In this document: in pieces, positions 13,719 to 25,125 of the stretch | How positions within the stretch are numbered: position 1 is the stretch's first letter | Layout: every line of letters starts with the position of its first letter | From: Nemertoderma westbladi | Taxonomy: Eukaryota; Animalia; Xenacoelomorpha | Assembly: GCA_032718475.1 (NCBI GenBank) | Contig: JAUCBJ010005318.1 | Coordinates: forward strand, 495 to 64,494 | Length of the DNA: 64,000 nucleotides | Direction of reading: 5' to 3' | The notes under the pieces: generated by a model | What the model saw: the letters and a program-made list of their open reading frames with translations, nothing else | What the model was told of the DNA's origin: nothing | Database searches by the model: none | Made by a program: the position numbers and the translations under genes

Positions 13719-15096
13719 ATTTATATGTACAGTTGAATGCCTACTGCTATATTACAGTCTAAGCAAGTCTAGTAATTCAGTATCAACTACTAGCCTAGCA
13801 ATTAACTACCGACACTGCTACTCAATGTAGAGTGATATATATATATAATATATTAGAATACCAGTATGCTTATATTATATATAAGTATTATTACAGACTA
13901 GGTTTATCTCAGAATACCGGTATAATTTTAGCACAAATATATATAAATATATAATAGGCCTATCGGGAATACCGGTATACAGCTTACAGTTTGTAGGATA
14001 TATAATTCTGAAATAGAATTAATTACAAGTACCGGTATAATTTCAGCCTAGATTTATAGAAATAAAGATAATAGGCCTATCGTAAATACCGGTATATCAA
14101 TTATTTCGAATAATTGAATTTCTGTTACTTTAGGGTTACTTTGTTACTTTACTTACTTTATTACCGTTATTTGAGCAGTAATCCAACTGATATTGGGACC
14201 TAATGGTTGTATGGTAGGCCTACTATTTATAAATCGTTAGATTTGATTTATAATATATATATACCCGTTTTACTGGGTTTTTCAATGTTGAAATAAATGT
14301 TATTATTTCTGGGGGTTAATCACTGCACAAAGCGGTACGCTTTCAGTGAAGTGTTACTTATAGGACACTAAAACAAATAATTCTAATTTACCTAAGTTAC
14401 TTAATACTACAAATTACGTACAATTCGGGTTGAGATTACAATCTCTAAATAAACACAAAAATTTACAAAAAAAACACAAAATACGAATTTTTTAGGGTAA
14501 ATTTACAAGAAGTCTACAAACCAGCCTAACAAAGGGTTAGAATCTGGTTATTACAACGGACAGGGTACTACGGTATTTGAAAATAATAAGTAGTAGTAAA
14601 TACACTGCGTTGTCTAGATAGGAAAATACCACCGCCTGACGACCTATGGCCGTATCGCTATAGGTTCTACGTTATGTATCACGGAGTGTTCCTACCTAGA
14701 AGTTAATAGAGCTAATCGAAGGTGCCTATCAACCACTTTACAACACAAATATAATGCCTACAATAATTACTTTCGGAAAGCACTGTACACTAAACCCTAA
14801 ATTAGGTACGAGTACTTGTACAACAGATAATCAGTAGTTAAATATACTTGAACAGTTAAAAGAACCACGGCATCTGCTGGAGTGACCGATGCACAAAATC
14901 ACCAGTCTTTACCTACGCCAAGCAGCCCGTGTAGTACCGAGGTTAATTTAACTATAGCGGTATGTATAACAAACACAATTACTGTAGGAACAAACTTGGG
15001 GAATATGAATGTTGCGAATAATCGCATAAACTCTGAATAATAAATATTACGCTACGCGTACAAACTACTCAAACAAAATGCAGACCAAATACTGAC

Positions 15097-15610
15097 AGAC
15101 TACCATCAAGCCTAAACAAACTACGGTATATGCAGACTCCGAAATAGTTAGGTAGTATGCGTTCTAACCCAGTAGTACGACTTATTCTTTAGCTGGGGGT
15201 TTACCTTACAGCGTTCGCTGCCCCTACTTCCTAACCGTACTCAATCGGACAGGTGCTCTACACACACTACAATCCGTTCAGACCTGATAACAGCCAGACA
15301 ATTATCCAGCCTACAAATTATCCAAATAAATATTATACGATACCCGTACAGACTTACACAAACAAAGTACAGACTAAACGATGGTAGACTACTCTCAAGC
15401 CTAAATAAACTACAGGACATGCAGACTCCGGAATGATTAGGTAGTATGCGTTCTAACCCAGTAGTACGACTTATTCTTTAGCTGGGGGTTTACCTTACCG
15501 CATTCGCTGCCCCTACTTCCTAACCGTACTTAACCGGACAGTTGCTCTACACACACTGCAATCCGTTCAGACTTAACAGCAATCAGACAACAGCTCAGCC
15601 TACAAATTGT
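15097..15610. repeat. Diverged tandem duplication (about 220-bp core, about 289-bp period) in the BEL 5' leader
   Basis: TTAGGTAGTATGCGTTCTAACCCAGTAGTACGACTTATTC...CAATCCGTTCAGAC occurs at about 15148 and 15437. Confidence 0.85.
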
Positions 15611-15919
15611 CTGTACAATCTGATCAGGTTTACACGCCTTCTGTTCAATACTGGCCTACAAACAAATAAAACTTGACAGAAATAAGTAAAAATCTCAATA
15701 AAAAACCAGGGCTGCAGTCCCTGATTAATTATTAAGGCCTACCGGTATACAACTATCAAAATCGAATAATACTGCTGTACTTATACGGAAGTACCGGTCC
15801 GGGTGGTTAGGTAGTCAGGCCTACTGGTACCGGTTCTGGCAGTTGGACCTACAAATGTACCGGTTGACCGGTACTTTCAACTTTATTGCTTACTGCAATA
15901 AAGAAGCTATATCCTTTAA

Positions 15920-17187
15920 TGTTCGCGCTTTCAGACCTTTGGCAGAATTATGAAGAATTAACCGCCAAATTATGATGTCTTCTAGATATTAAATCGCTTT
16001 TCTGCCTACGACAAGTATTTGATTCACTACACTAGTCGAAACCAATCCGTGCGCGATCATTCACCCGCTGGTTATCCCCGGGAGATTGGGTTCGACGGTT
16101 TAATCTTATTGCTATGTAAGCCTAATGTATTATTCGACTGACAGTATTATATAATCTCTGACAATATTATTCACCTTCGGGAAATATTAACAGTTCCTTT
16201 AGGACGTGGCGCTCTATCTATATAAACAGAGTCATGACTTAAACTACTCACAACGATATGGTTTAGTTATAATTAACATATATGGCGCATTCTTTAGGAA
16301 ATGCTTCTTTAACAGACTCACTCATACACAATGCTGCACAATACTGCACACTAATCTGCCGATCTTCACTGATTTTAGTCACATATAAAAGGAACACAGG
16401 CTGACTCATGTAGGGTCTATCAAATAACATTAGATTCACTTCAAACCACTTTAACATAAGTCACAATCGTTTATCTGTAACCCTTCTCTCTTACCTTCGG
16501 TATATCAAGAATATTGGGTTTCGGGGTTGTTTCTCGTTATTCCAAATATAATAATTCATCCACAAATATAATGAATAACCGACAGCAAATAGCAGTATAA
16601 AACAACAACTGAACACTGATTGTTATGAGTTTGCAATGTTTCAGCAGTCAGTATGTATGATTAGTTAGCAAGTCATTAGAAGTGTTAAAGGATATATGTC
16701 CTTATAATTAAACCTGCTAGTGTTAAGCTAAAAAGCAGAAAAGCACAAAACACTATAAAGCCGTTCTTTCGTGGCTTTGAAAAACTCGTGACTACTAGAA
16801 TATCAAATACACTTATTCCACAAAGCTCCCGTTCAACACAGAGGATGAGCAGTGAGATAGGAAAATTTCAGTTCAGTAGCTCAGGATTGGTTAAAATCCA
16901 GGATAACTCAAATTCTATTGGCCGATACGGAAAGCTGCAACGTGGCAATATCAGCCGTTAGCCGTCGTTATGGTAGCGACACTGTTTTCAAGAGTAGCGA
17001 GCCTTTTACGTCATGAAATTGCAGATTATGTCCTCTAAAGTACAAATACAGTTCAAATATAGAAGAAATGACTTTTATGTCCTCTAAAACACCAGTACAG
17101 CAAGGACACGGCCTTTTTATGCCTGGCAAACCAACTACAGAGTACTTTAAGGGAAAATAACCGGTTAATGACGCAAAAGCTTTTACA
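15920..17187 (-). repeat. 5' LTR of the BEL/Pao element (1268 bp)
   Basis: Direct repeat of 1499-2756; two CCAAT boxes on the minus strand (about 16886 and 16917) in the putative U3. Confidence 0.96.
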
Positions 17188-17192
17188 GGTAG

Positions 17193-17835
17193 AGAACGCC
17201 TCGTAAGATTTTACGGTAATAGATATCGAGTATCGAGTTAGTCTACTTCTCTTTGCGACAATGCCCCAATGCGGAATCTCATGCTGTAAGTCAGGATTGG
17301 CACCGCTATTTCATTCCAGAGGTAGTTAAAGAGTATTTACCTTCAGCCACCGGACTGTCCAGCCATTTCTGTGGAATATACCAATATCAGCAACTGAAGC
17401 GATCGTTCTAATACACTGCGTGATGCTGTCATTCTTTGCACTAAATTTGTAACCAAGTAAATGTTAGTGATGGGTGAGCTGGTTAATTATGGTAATTATG
17501 AGTTGTTTATAATTAGGAATGTGCAGTGGTACCTTGCTGTGACTGTTACCTGGAAAGGATACCCATGAAGTTTTGTCAGGCTGGACATCTAGGCTTATGG
17601 CGCGTAGACTTTGAGTGATGATTGCAACGTTATGTTCCGCTTCTGCAGCTGGCCTCGCCATGCAAAGGATAAGGATGACATCCGCATAAGAGACGACGCC
17701 CAGCCAGACGTCACTAAGTTGCCATCCATAACCTTGTTCGTCTAACTTGGAGAAGGTATCTCTTAGGTACAGGTTAAATAGTAAGGGGGAGAGCAGGGAT
17801 CCCTGTTTGACTCCTTTAGTGAGGCGGGTACCATC
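17193..17835 (-). pseudogene. Degenerate non-LTR retrotransposon RT remnant, split by the BEL insertion (continues left of 1494)
   Basis: Minus strand translates KGVKQGSLLSPLLFNLYL followed by a frameshifted YAD-like motif, typical LINE RT motifs. Confidence 0.8.
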
Positions 17836-17934
17836 TAGGGTTACACCTGATCATAATTTAAGGAATACAACTGTATATGAAGGTAATACGCCAGTAGGTC
17901 AGAGCAAATGTAAGGATTGATGTAAGGACTATTA

Positions 17935-18290
17935 AAACGTGCTAAGCACGATAAAGTGGGGCTCTATGACAGAGTAATGTCTGTGTGAATAATTTCTAAT
18001 TAAGCAATGCTTGTTGGTTACTACCTTGCCTTGCTACTACCAAATTTCAGATGAATCTGATGGTTAGTTCTATAATTACTTTTTCGTTTCTGTCAATTCG
18101 CCCCCTAGCGGCATCTGTGTGTAGAATTTCTATACTTTTGATAGACTATAGATATGTACCAAGTTTGGTTCCATTTCATCCATGATTGACTGACTTATTA
18201 GCTTTCAAACCAGTCAGCCAGCCAGCCACAAACAAACAAACTAATAATAGCTGCAGGAACCTGAGCAGCAGAGCTCCAGTGATAATAGCG
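17935..18290 (+). repeat. Dispersed repeat family copy (second copy inverted at about 63410-63825)
   Basis: Shares TAAGCAATGCTTGTTGGTTACTACCTTGCC...CAGGAACCTGAGCAGCAGAGCTCCAGTGATAATA with the reverse complement of 63410-63825. Confidence 0.85.
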
Positions 18291-19732
18291 TTTCTTATAC
18301 AGTACTGTAGGTCCATTTATCACACATCAGGTCAACTCCAATTCGTGGTTGATACCAAAACCGCTAACGTCATGACAAAAATAACATTATTCGTTTCATA
18401 TACTGTATAACACACCATCATACAAAGATAAAGATCTTGTTTAGCATCCCGCCATGGCCAGACCAGGCAGATGCCAATAGCTAACAATGACTGGTCAGCG
18501 GAATAGCCGGACATGAATGACCTGAGGCAACATCTTCGCCCATTAAATGATTACAACTTAATTTGATATTTAATATTTGATATGAATTTAATAACTTAAT
18601 TGAAGTTGTTGTGAGGAAATATAGATACCGTAACATGTGCTATGATTCCGGTTAATTGTTTTGGTTAGAATTACAAACCATTGTGACCTGCTCCTTTCCC
18701 TTATTAATAATTAGCGAGAGACGGTTTCTCGACGGCGAACAAATTTAATACAACCTATAAACCAATGGAGCAACTTATATATGTTTATCAGCGACCAGCA
18801 CTAAAGGAACCGAGTGATGGTGTGGTCCAATTAGTACCAGTGAAACATCCAAACGGTCAATTAATAAATACGAGATCATGAATACTTCAACAGTAATGTA
18901 GATAAACCATAGGAATTAATTATCCAGAAAAAATGAAAGACAAGCCAACTTGTCCATTGTCGAAGGTGATATATGAATGGAGTAGCCATCCCCCCATCAA
19001 GGCTACATTGAGTATACAGTATCTCAGTCTGAAATATACCTCGATTTCACAATAATAATTGCACAATGAATACACAGGAGGTGGTTACTAAAGAAAATCT
19101 ATTAATTTATAATTAGAAGGATTTAGGCTGATTGGGTAGGGAATTTGTTTGTATGGTAACGAAATGTAGCATTACATAAAGCAATACAACAGTAAATGGA
19201 TTAATGAATTATTTTATAGACTGTTACTAAAAGTTGGCTTTATAATTGTGGTAATTGGTGCGGATAAATAATAACATGAGGAATATAAATAGCCGGGTAT
19301 TATTATTTATACTGTATATGTAACCAGAACTACAATGAATGTAATAGCTCGAATTGGCATGGATTAAAGCAATTAGTCTAGATATCACATATAAACACAA
19401 CCGTGCTAAAGGCTCTCCAATATACACAAGTTCATTATTATAAAAGTCCCTTAATAAATTATCGATTTTATTAATTGTAGTTGCTTATGTGTAGAACAAT
19501 TTAATCGATAAGTCATTACAAAATTCCAGCTTATTAATTAAAAATATTACCTTTCAGATTTTAATTCTTAGAATATCTTTAGTAAGTTTCTGACATTTTT
19601 CGGATATAGAAATGTTCCTGTATTTAAATTTGAGAGCAATATGCCCTGCCCAGTCGCCCTAGCGAATTAATTATATTCAGCGCCATACCAAAGATAATAA
19701 CATTTATAGGTCTGTATAATATTTAAATAAGT

Positions 19733-19929
19733 AATATAGCAACCGTAAGGTAGCTTACCAATCTATAGCAAATCAATCGGAAAGATACAGGAGCCTCCAT
19801 GGTGTAGTGGTTAGCATACCTGAACGTTTATCAGGAGCCGCGGATTCGATCCCCGCTGGTGGCGAATTCATTTCTTCTGCTACATTTGCTATAGAGTTGG
19901 ATCATCCTAAGTCCTGTTTAAATTACTTA
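19733..19929 (+). mobile_element. Short tRNA-derived retroposed element with 17-bp TSD
   Basis: Direct repeat ATAATATTTAAATAAGT at 19716-19732 and 19930-19946; internal tRNA-like cloverleaf flanked by inverted repeats CCAATCTATAGCAAAT / ATTTGCTATAGAGTTGG. Confidence 0.75.
19793..19864 (+). pseudogene. tRNA-like sequence (pseudo-tRNA / SINE head)
   Basis: GCCTCCA/TGGTGGC acceptor (1 mismatch), D arm GTGT-AGTGGTTA-GCAT, anticodon stem CCTGA/TCAGG with non-canonical loop ACGTTTA, T loop TTCGATC. Confidence 0.75.
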
Positions 19930-20514
19930 ATAATATTTAAATAAGTCACAACAAAATTAATGACAATTTCACCGAAATTAATCATTCCAGCAAACATCAA
20001 CCAAGTACGGCGCCAATTTCAGAAGTGAACATTTTCAGGTAGTTGGTAGTTATTTCATTGAAAATTACGGAAATGTTATGGAAAAATGGCACCATTTAAA
20101 AACCGTAGCCAATGGGGGTTTATTTAATGACCTACAGAATGACTTACTACTGCAATTCAAGTACCGGTAAGTCACCCAGAACAACACGCATGTCGTTGTC
20201 ACCTTAAATGCACAAAATTCACTAACTTAATGTCGTGATCGTATTAGACCCCAACGACCGAATGCCCACCCACTAAACCATGTGCTTTATGGTTGCCTGG
20301 TTTATAAACTCTTTTCACCAGGAATACCATTAGCTAGAAATATTAACATAGCACTGTGCGCCACTCTGCCGAAATTGAAAAAGCATAATTTACAAAAAAA
20401 AATTAAATTAAAATTGAAAAAAAAATTATAGAATTTTTCTTGATTGCGTAATTTTGGTGTAGTTATATTTACATAAAATCCTATTAGTTGACCGGTTATT
20501 ATATATTCCCTAAA

Positions 20515-21687
20515 ATGGAACACTTAAATACATCCCCTAATCTCAAACTTTATAATATTAATGAGCCAATCATCTTCGGTACAAGTCTGAGAAGCCCAAC
20601 CAATCAAATCCCGTATATTCCAAACTTAACGTCAACAATAGCCAATCATAAGACGGTTACTGATTTATCAACACCAGAGTCTACAATAGCTCCAATTGAT
20701 AGGTCTAAACCCCATGAACAAATAGCCAATCATAAGGCAGCTCCTTCCGCTTCAAACAGCAGACCTCAAAAGCGGCATTCCGAACATTTTTTACCGAAGT
20801 CGACTCACATGCCGAGCTACTTTATAGACACGTCGAACGGACATAAAGAAACTTCTGATAAAGTGAATAATACGAGGCGGGGGAGTGTGATCGGAACGAT
20901 ATATCCGGAACAGATGGGAACAGTTCTAGGGAACAGGGAACAGTTCCCGACATACAGCGGCGTCCACGCAGAAAACAGTCGTAGCAACGGACCAGCGGAT
21001 AGTCGTCCTAGCAACAAGACGGTAGGGCCGGACAGTGTCCATAGCAACCGGACAGTTGGCTCGGATAGTCGGCACTACGAGAACGTAAAGAAGCGCAAAC
21101 TTCTTAATTACCCGAGAAACGATGTTAAAACTCCCAACGCCATCAAGCGAGTAGTAATAGTACCGGATAGCCGAGTGGAGGACGTTTATAAACACGCGTG
21201 GTACAGAGAGGTGCAATTACAGCTGATGAAACGAGGAGTTGAATGCGTTCTTAAGGATATGGACGACCCATTCTTAGCGAGAGAAGTCTTCTGGGTAAAG
21301 TACATGAAAGATAAACTGAAAATCGACGAATCTACAGTAGTCGTAGCTCATGGAATCGCTTGTGCTATAACTATGAGGTTCCTAGAAACGCATAAAGCCA
21401 ATGGGGTTGTTATGGTAGCTGCCTATTCTAATGATTTACACGACTTCGATGAGAAATGTTCCGGGGCATTCGATCGGGACTGGCGGTACGACGAGATTCG
21501 AGGGAATTCCTCGTGGTTCGCCCAACTCAGTTCCAAGGACGACCGCAAGGTGGCGTGGCGCGAACAAGAGTATGTAGCCAATAAGCTGCAAGCGGATTTG
21601 TACACTTTTGAGGATCGAGGACATTTTGTGGGTAACAGATTACCCGAAGTTACTGATATAATTGTTCGGAAGATGGGAACTTTATAA
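20515..21687 (+). CDS. RBBP9: RBBP9/YdeN-family alpha/beta-hydrolase-like protein, intronless, long N-terminal extension, catalytic Ser replaced by Gly
   Basis: C-terminal about 185 aa follow RBBP9 by eye (RVVIVP..HAWY, DMDDPFLAREVFW, MRFLETH, VAAYSNDL..EKCSGAF, SSKDD, WREQEYVA, DRGHF); first ATG at 20515. Confidence 0.88.
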   Translation: MEHLNTSPNLKLYNINEPIIFGTSLRSPTNQIPYIPNLTSTIANHKTVTDLSTPESTIAPIDRSKPHEQIANHKAAPSASNSRPQKRHSEHFLPKSTHMPSYFIDTSNGHKETSDKVNNTRRGSVIGTIYPEQMGTVLGNREQFPTYSGVHAENSRSNGPADSRPSNKTVGPDSVHSNRTVGSDSRHYENVKKRKLLNYPRNDVKTPNAIKRVVIVPDSRVEDVYKHAWYREVQLQLMKRGVECVLKDMDDPFLAREVFWVKYMKDKLKIDESTVVVAHGIACAITMRFLETHKANGVVMVAAYSNDLHDFDEKCSGAFDRDWRYDEIRGNSSWFAQLSSKDDRKVAWREQEYVANKLQADLYTFEDRGHFVGNRLPEVTDIIVRKMGTL

Positions 21688-21734
21688 GAAAACAGTAAAT
21701 GTTAATTTCAGCACTTTTTAAAAGTTATGTATAA

Positions 21735-24700
21735 GTTATTATGTAGCGTTAGGTGTTGCACACTACACCTATACGTTATTATGTAGCGTTAGGTGTTGCA
21801 CACTACACCTATACGTTATTATGTAGCGTTAGGTGTTGCACACTACACCTAGATACGTTATAATGTAGTGTTAGGTGTTGCACACTACACCTATACGTTA
21901 TTATGTAGTGTTAGGTTTTGCACACTACACATATACGTTATTATGTAGCGTTAGGTGTTGCACACTACACCTAGATACGTTATAATGTAGTGTTAGGTGT
22001 TGCACACTACACCTATACGTTATTACGTAGTGTTAGGTTTTGCACACTACACATATACGTTATTATGTAGTGTTAGGTGTTGCACACTACACCTATACCT
22101 TATTATGTAGCGTTAGGTGTTGCACACTACACCTATACGTTATTATGTAGCGTTAGGTGTTGCACACTACACCTAGATACGTTATAATGTAGTGTTAGGT
22201 GGTGCACACTACACCTATACGTTATTATGTAGTGTTAGGTTTTGCACACTACACATATACGTTATTATGTATTGTTAGGTGTTGCACACTACACCTATAC
22301 GTTATAATGTAGTGTTAGGTGTTGCACACTACACCTAGATACGTTATAATGTAGTGTTAGGTGTTGCACACTACACCTATACGTTATTATGTAGTGTTAG
22401 GTGTTGCACACTACACCTATACGTTATTATATATTGTTAGGTGTTGCACACTACACCTATACGTTATTATGTAGCGTTAGGTGTTGCACACTACACCGAT
22501 ACGTTATTATGTATTGTTAGGTGTTGCACACTACACTTATACGTTATAATGTAGTGTTAGGTGTTGCACACTACACCTATACGTTATTATGTAGCGTTAA
22601 GTGTTGCACACTACACCTATACGTTATTATGTAGCGTTAGGTGTTGCACACTACACCTAGATACGTTATAATGTAGTGTTAGGTGTTGCACACTACACCT
22701 ATACGTTATTATGTAGTGTTAGGTTTTGCACACTACACATATACGTTATTATGTATTGTTAGGTGTTGCACACTACACCTATACGTTATAATGTAGTGTT
22801 AGGTGTTGCACACTACACCTATACGTTATTATGTAGCGTTAGGTGTTGCACACTACACCTATACGTTATTATGTAGCGTTAGGTGTTGCACACTACACCT
22901 ATACGTTATTATGTAGCGTTAGGTGTTGCACACTACACCTATACGTTATTATGTAGCGTTAGGTGTTGCACACTACACCTAGATACGTTATAATGTAGTG
23001 TTAGGTGTTGCACACTACACCTATACGTTATTATGTAGCGTTAGGTGTTGCACACTACACCTATACGTTATTATGTAGCGTTAGGTGTTGCACACTACAC
23101 CTATACGTTATAATGTAGTGTTAGGTGTTGCACACTACACCTATACGTTATTATGTAGCGTTAGGTGTTGCACACTACACCTATACGTTATTATGTAGCG
23201 TTAGGTGTTGCACACTACACCTATACGTTATAATGTAGTGTTAGGTGTTGCACACTACACCTAGATACGTTATAATGTAGTGTTAGGTGTTGCACACTAC
23301 ACCTATACGTTATTATGTAGTGTTAGGTTTTGCACACTACACATATACGTTATTATGTATTGTTAGGTGTTGCACACTACACCTATACGTTATAATGTAT
23401 TGTTAGGTGTTGCACACTACACCTATACGTTATAATGTAGTGTTAGGTGTTGCACACTACACCTATACGTTATTATGTAGCGTTAGGTGTTGCACACTAC
23501 ACCTATACGTTATTATGTAGCGTTAGGTGTTGCACACTACACCTAGATACGTTATAATGTAGTGTTAGGTGTTGCACACTACACCTATACGTTATTATGT
23601 AGTGTTAGGTTTTGCACACTACACATATACGTTATTATGTATTGTTAGGTGTTGCACACTACACCTATACGTTATAATGTAGTGTTAGGTGTTGCACACT
23701 ACACCTAGATACGTTATAATGTAGTGTTAGGTGTTGCACACTACACCTATACGTTATTATGTAGTGTTAGGTGTTGCACACTACACCTATACGTTATTAT
23801 GTAGTGTTAGGTTTTGCACACTACACACACATATACGTTATGATGTATTGTTAGGTGTTGCACACTACACCTATACGTTATAATGTAGTGTTAGGTGTTG
23901 CACACTACACCTATACGTTATTATGTAGTGTTAGGTGTTGCACACTACACCTATACGTTATTAGGTAGTGTTAGGTGTTGCACACTACACCTATACGTTA
24001 TTATGTAGTGTTAGGTTTTGCACACTACACATATACGTTATTAGGTAGTGTTAGGTGTTGCACACTACACCTATACGTTATTATGTAGTGTTAGGTTTTG
24101 CACACTACACATATACGTTATTAGGTAGTGTTAGGTGTTGCACGCTACACCTATACGTTATTAGGTAGTGTTAGGTGTTGCACACTTCACCTATACGTTA
24201 TAATGTAGTGTTAGGTGTTGCACACTACACCTAGATACGTTATAATGTAGTGTTAGGTGTTGCACACTACACCTATACGTTATTATGTAGTGTTAGGTGT
24301 TGCACACTACACCTATACGTTATTATGTATTGTTAGGTGTTGCACACTTCACCTATACGTTATAATGTAGTGTTAGGTGTTGCACACTACACCTATACGT
24401 TATTATGTAGTGTTAGGTGTTGCACACTACACCTATACGTTATTAGGTAGTGTTAGGTGTTGCACACTTCACCTATACGTTATAATGTAGTGTTAGGTGT
24501 TGCACACTACACCTATACGTTATTATGTAGTGTTAGGTGTTGCACACTACACCTATACGTTATTATGTAGTGTTAGGTGTTGCACACTACACCTTTACGT
24601 TATTAGGTAGTGTTAGGTGTTGCACACTACACCTATACGTTATTATGTAGTGTTAGGTGTTGCACACTACACCTATACGTTATTAGGTAGTGTTAGGTGT

Positions 24701-24791
24701 TGCACACTACACCTATACGTTATTATGTAGTGTTAGGTGTTGCACACTACACCTATACGTTATTATGTAGTGTTAGGTGTTGCACACTACA
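21735..24791. repeat. Minisatellite, 40-bp unit (42-bp variants), about 76 copies
   Basis: Unit GTTATTATGTAGYGTTAGGTGTTGCACACTACACCTATAC repeated head-to-tail with no spacers. Confidence 0.98.
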
Positions 24792-25125
24792 TATGTAGTA
24801 GATGGTAACGACAAAACATTGTAAATTACTTTACTTATTACATATTTTTATCACTAAACCTACCGAAATGACTGCGGTACTCACTTAAAGTCGAACAGTA
24901 TAATAATGGCCAATACATGGAGCACTTATAGCTCAGATGTGGACAAGATAATATAATAAGTTTACATGTAGTTTATTGTTTTAATATCATAAAGGAGGCT
25001 AGGGTTCGCAATAGAAGGTTCGCAGTGCGTGGCACTTTTTCAAAATTATAATAAGTGCTACTCCCTAATTTTGGTGCACCAAAAATGACGAACCAGTAAG
25101 TCTTCAGGCTTCTATATTACTTTAA

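Larger units (their letters stand above)
1499..17187 (-). mobile_element. Full-length BEL/Pao (Belpaoviridae-type) LTR retrotransposon, about 15.7 kb
   Basis: Two near-identical TG...CA LTRs (1499-2756, 15920-17187); 5-bp TSD GGTAG at 1494-1498 and 17188-17192; single gag-PR-RT-RH-IN frame with BEL-type triple zinc knuckle; purine tract GGGAGCGG (minus strand) next to the 3' LTR. Confidence 0.97.

Noticed and set aside
19793-19864. Functional tRNA gene (GTT at the anticodon position)
   Set aside because: No U33, mismatches in acceptor and T stems, and it sits inside a TSD-bounded insert
21735-24791. CRISPR-like array (palindromic 40-bp repeats)
   Set aside because: Units are contiguous with no unique spacers, there are no cas genes, and the context is eukaryotic
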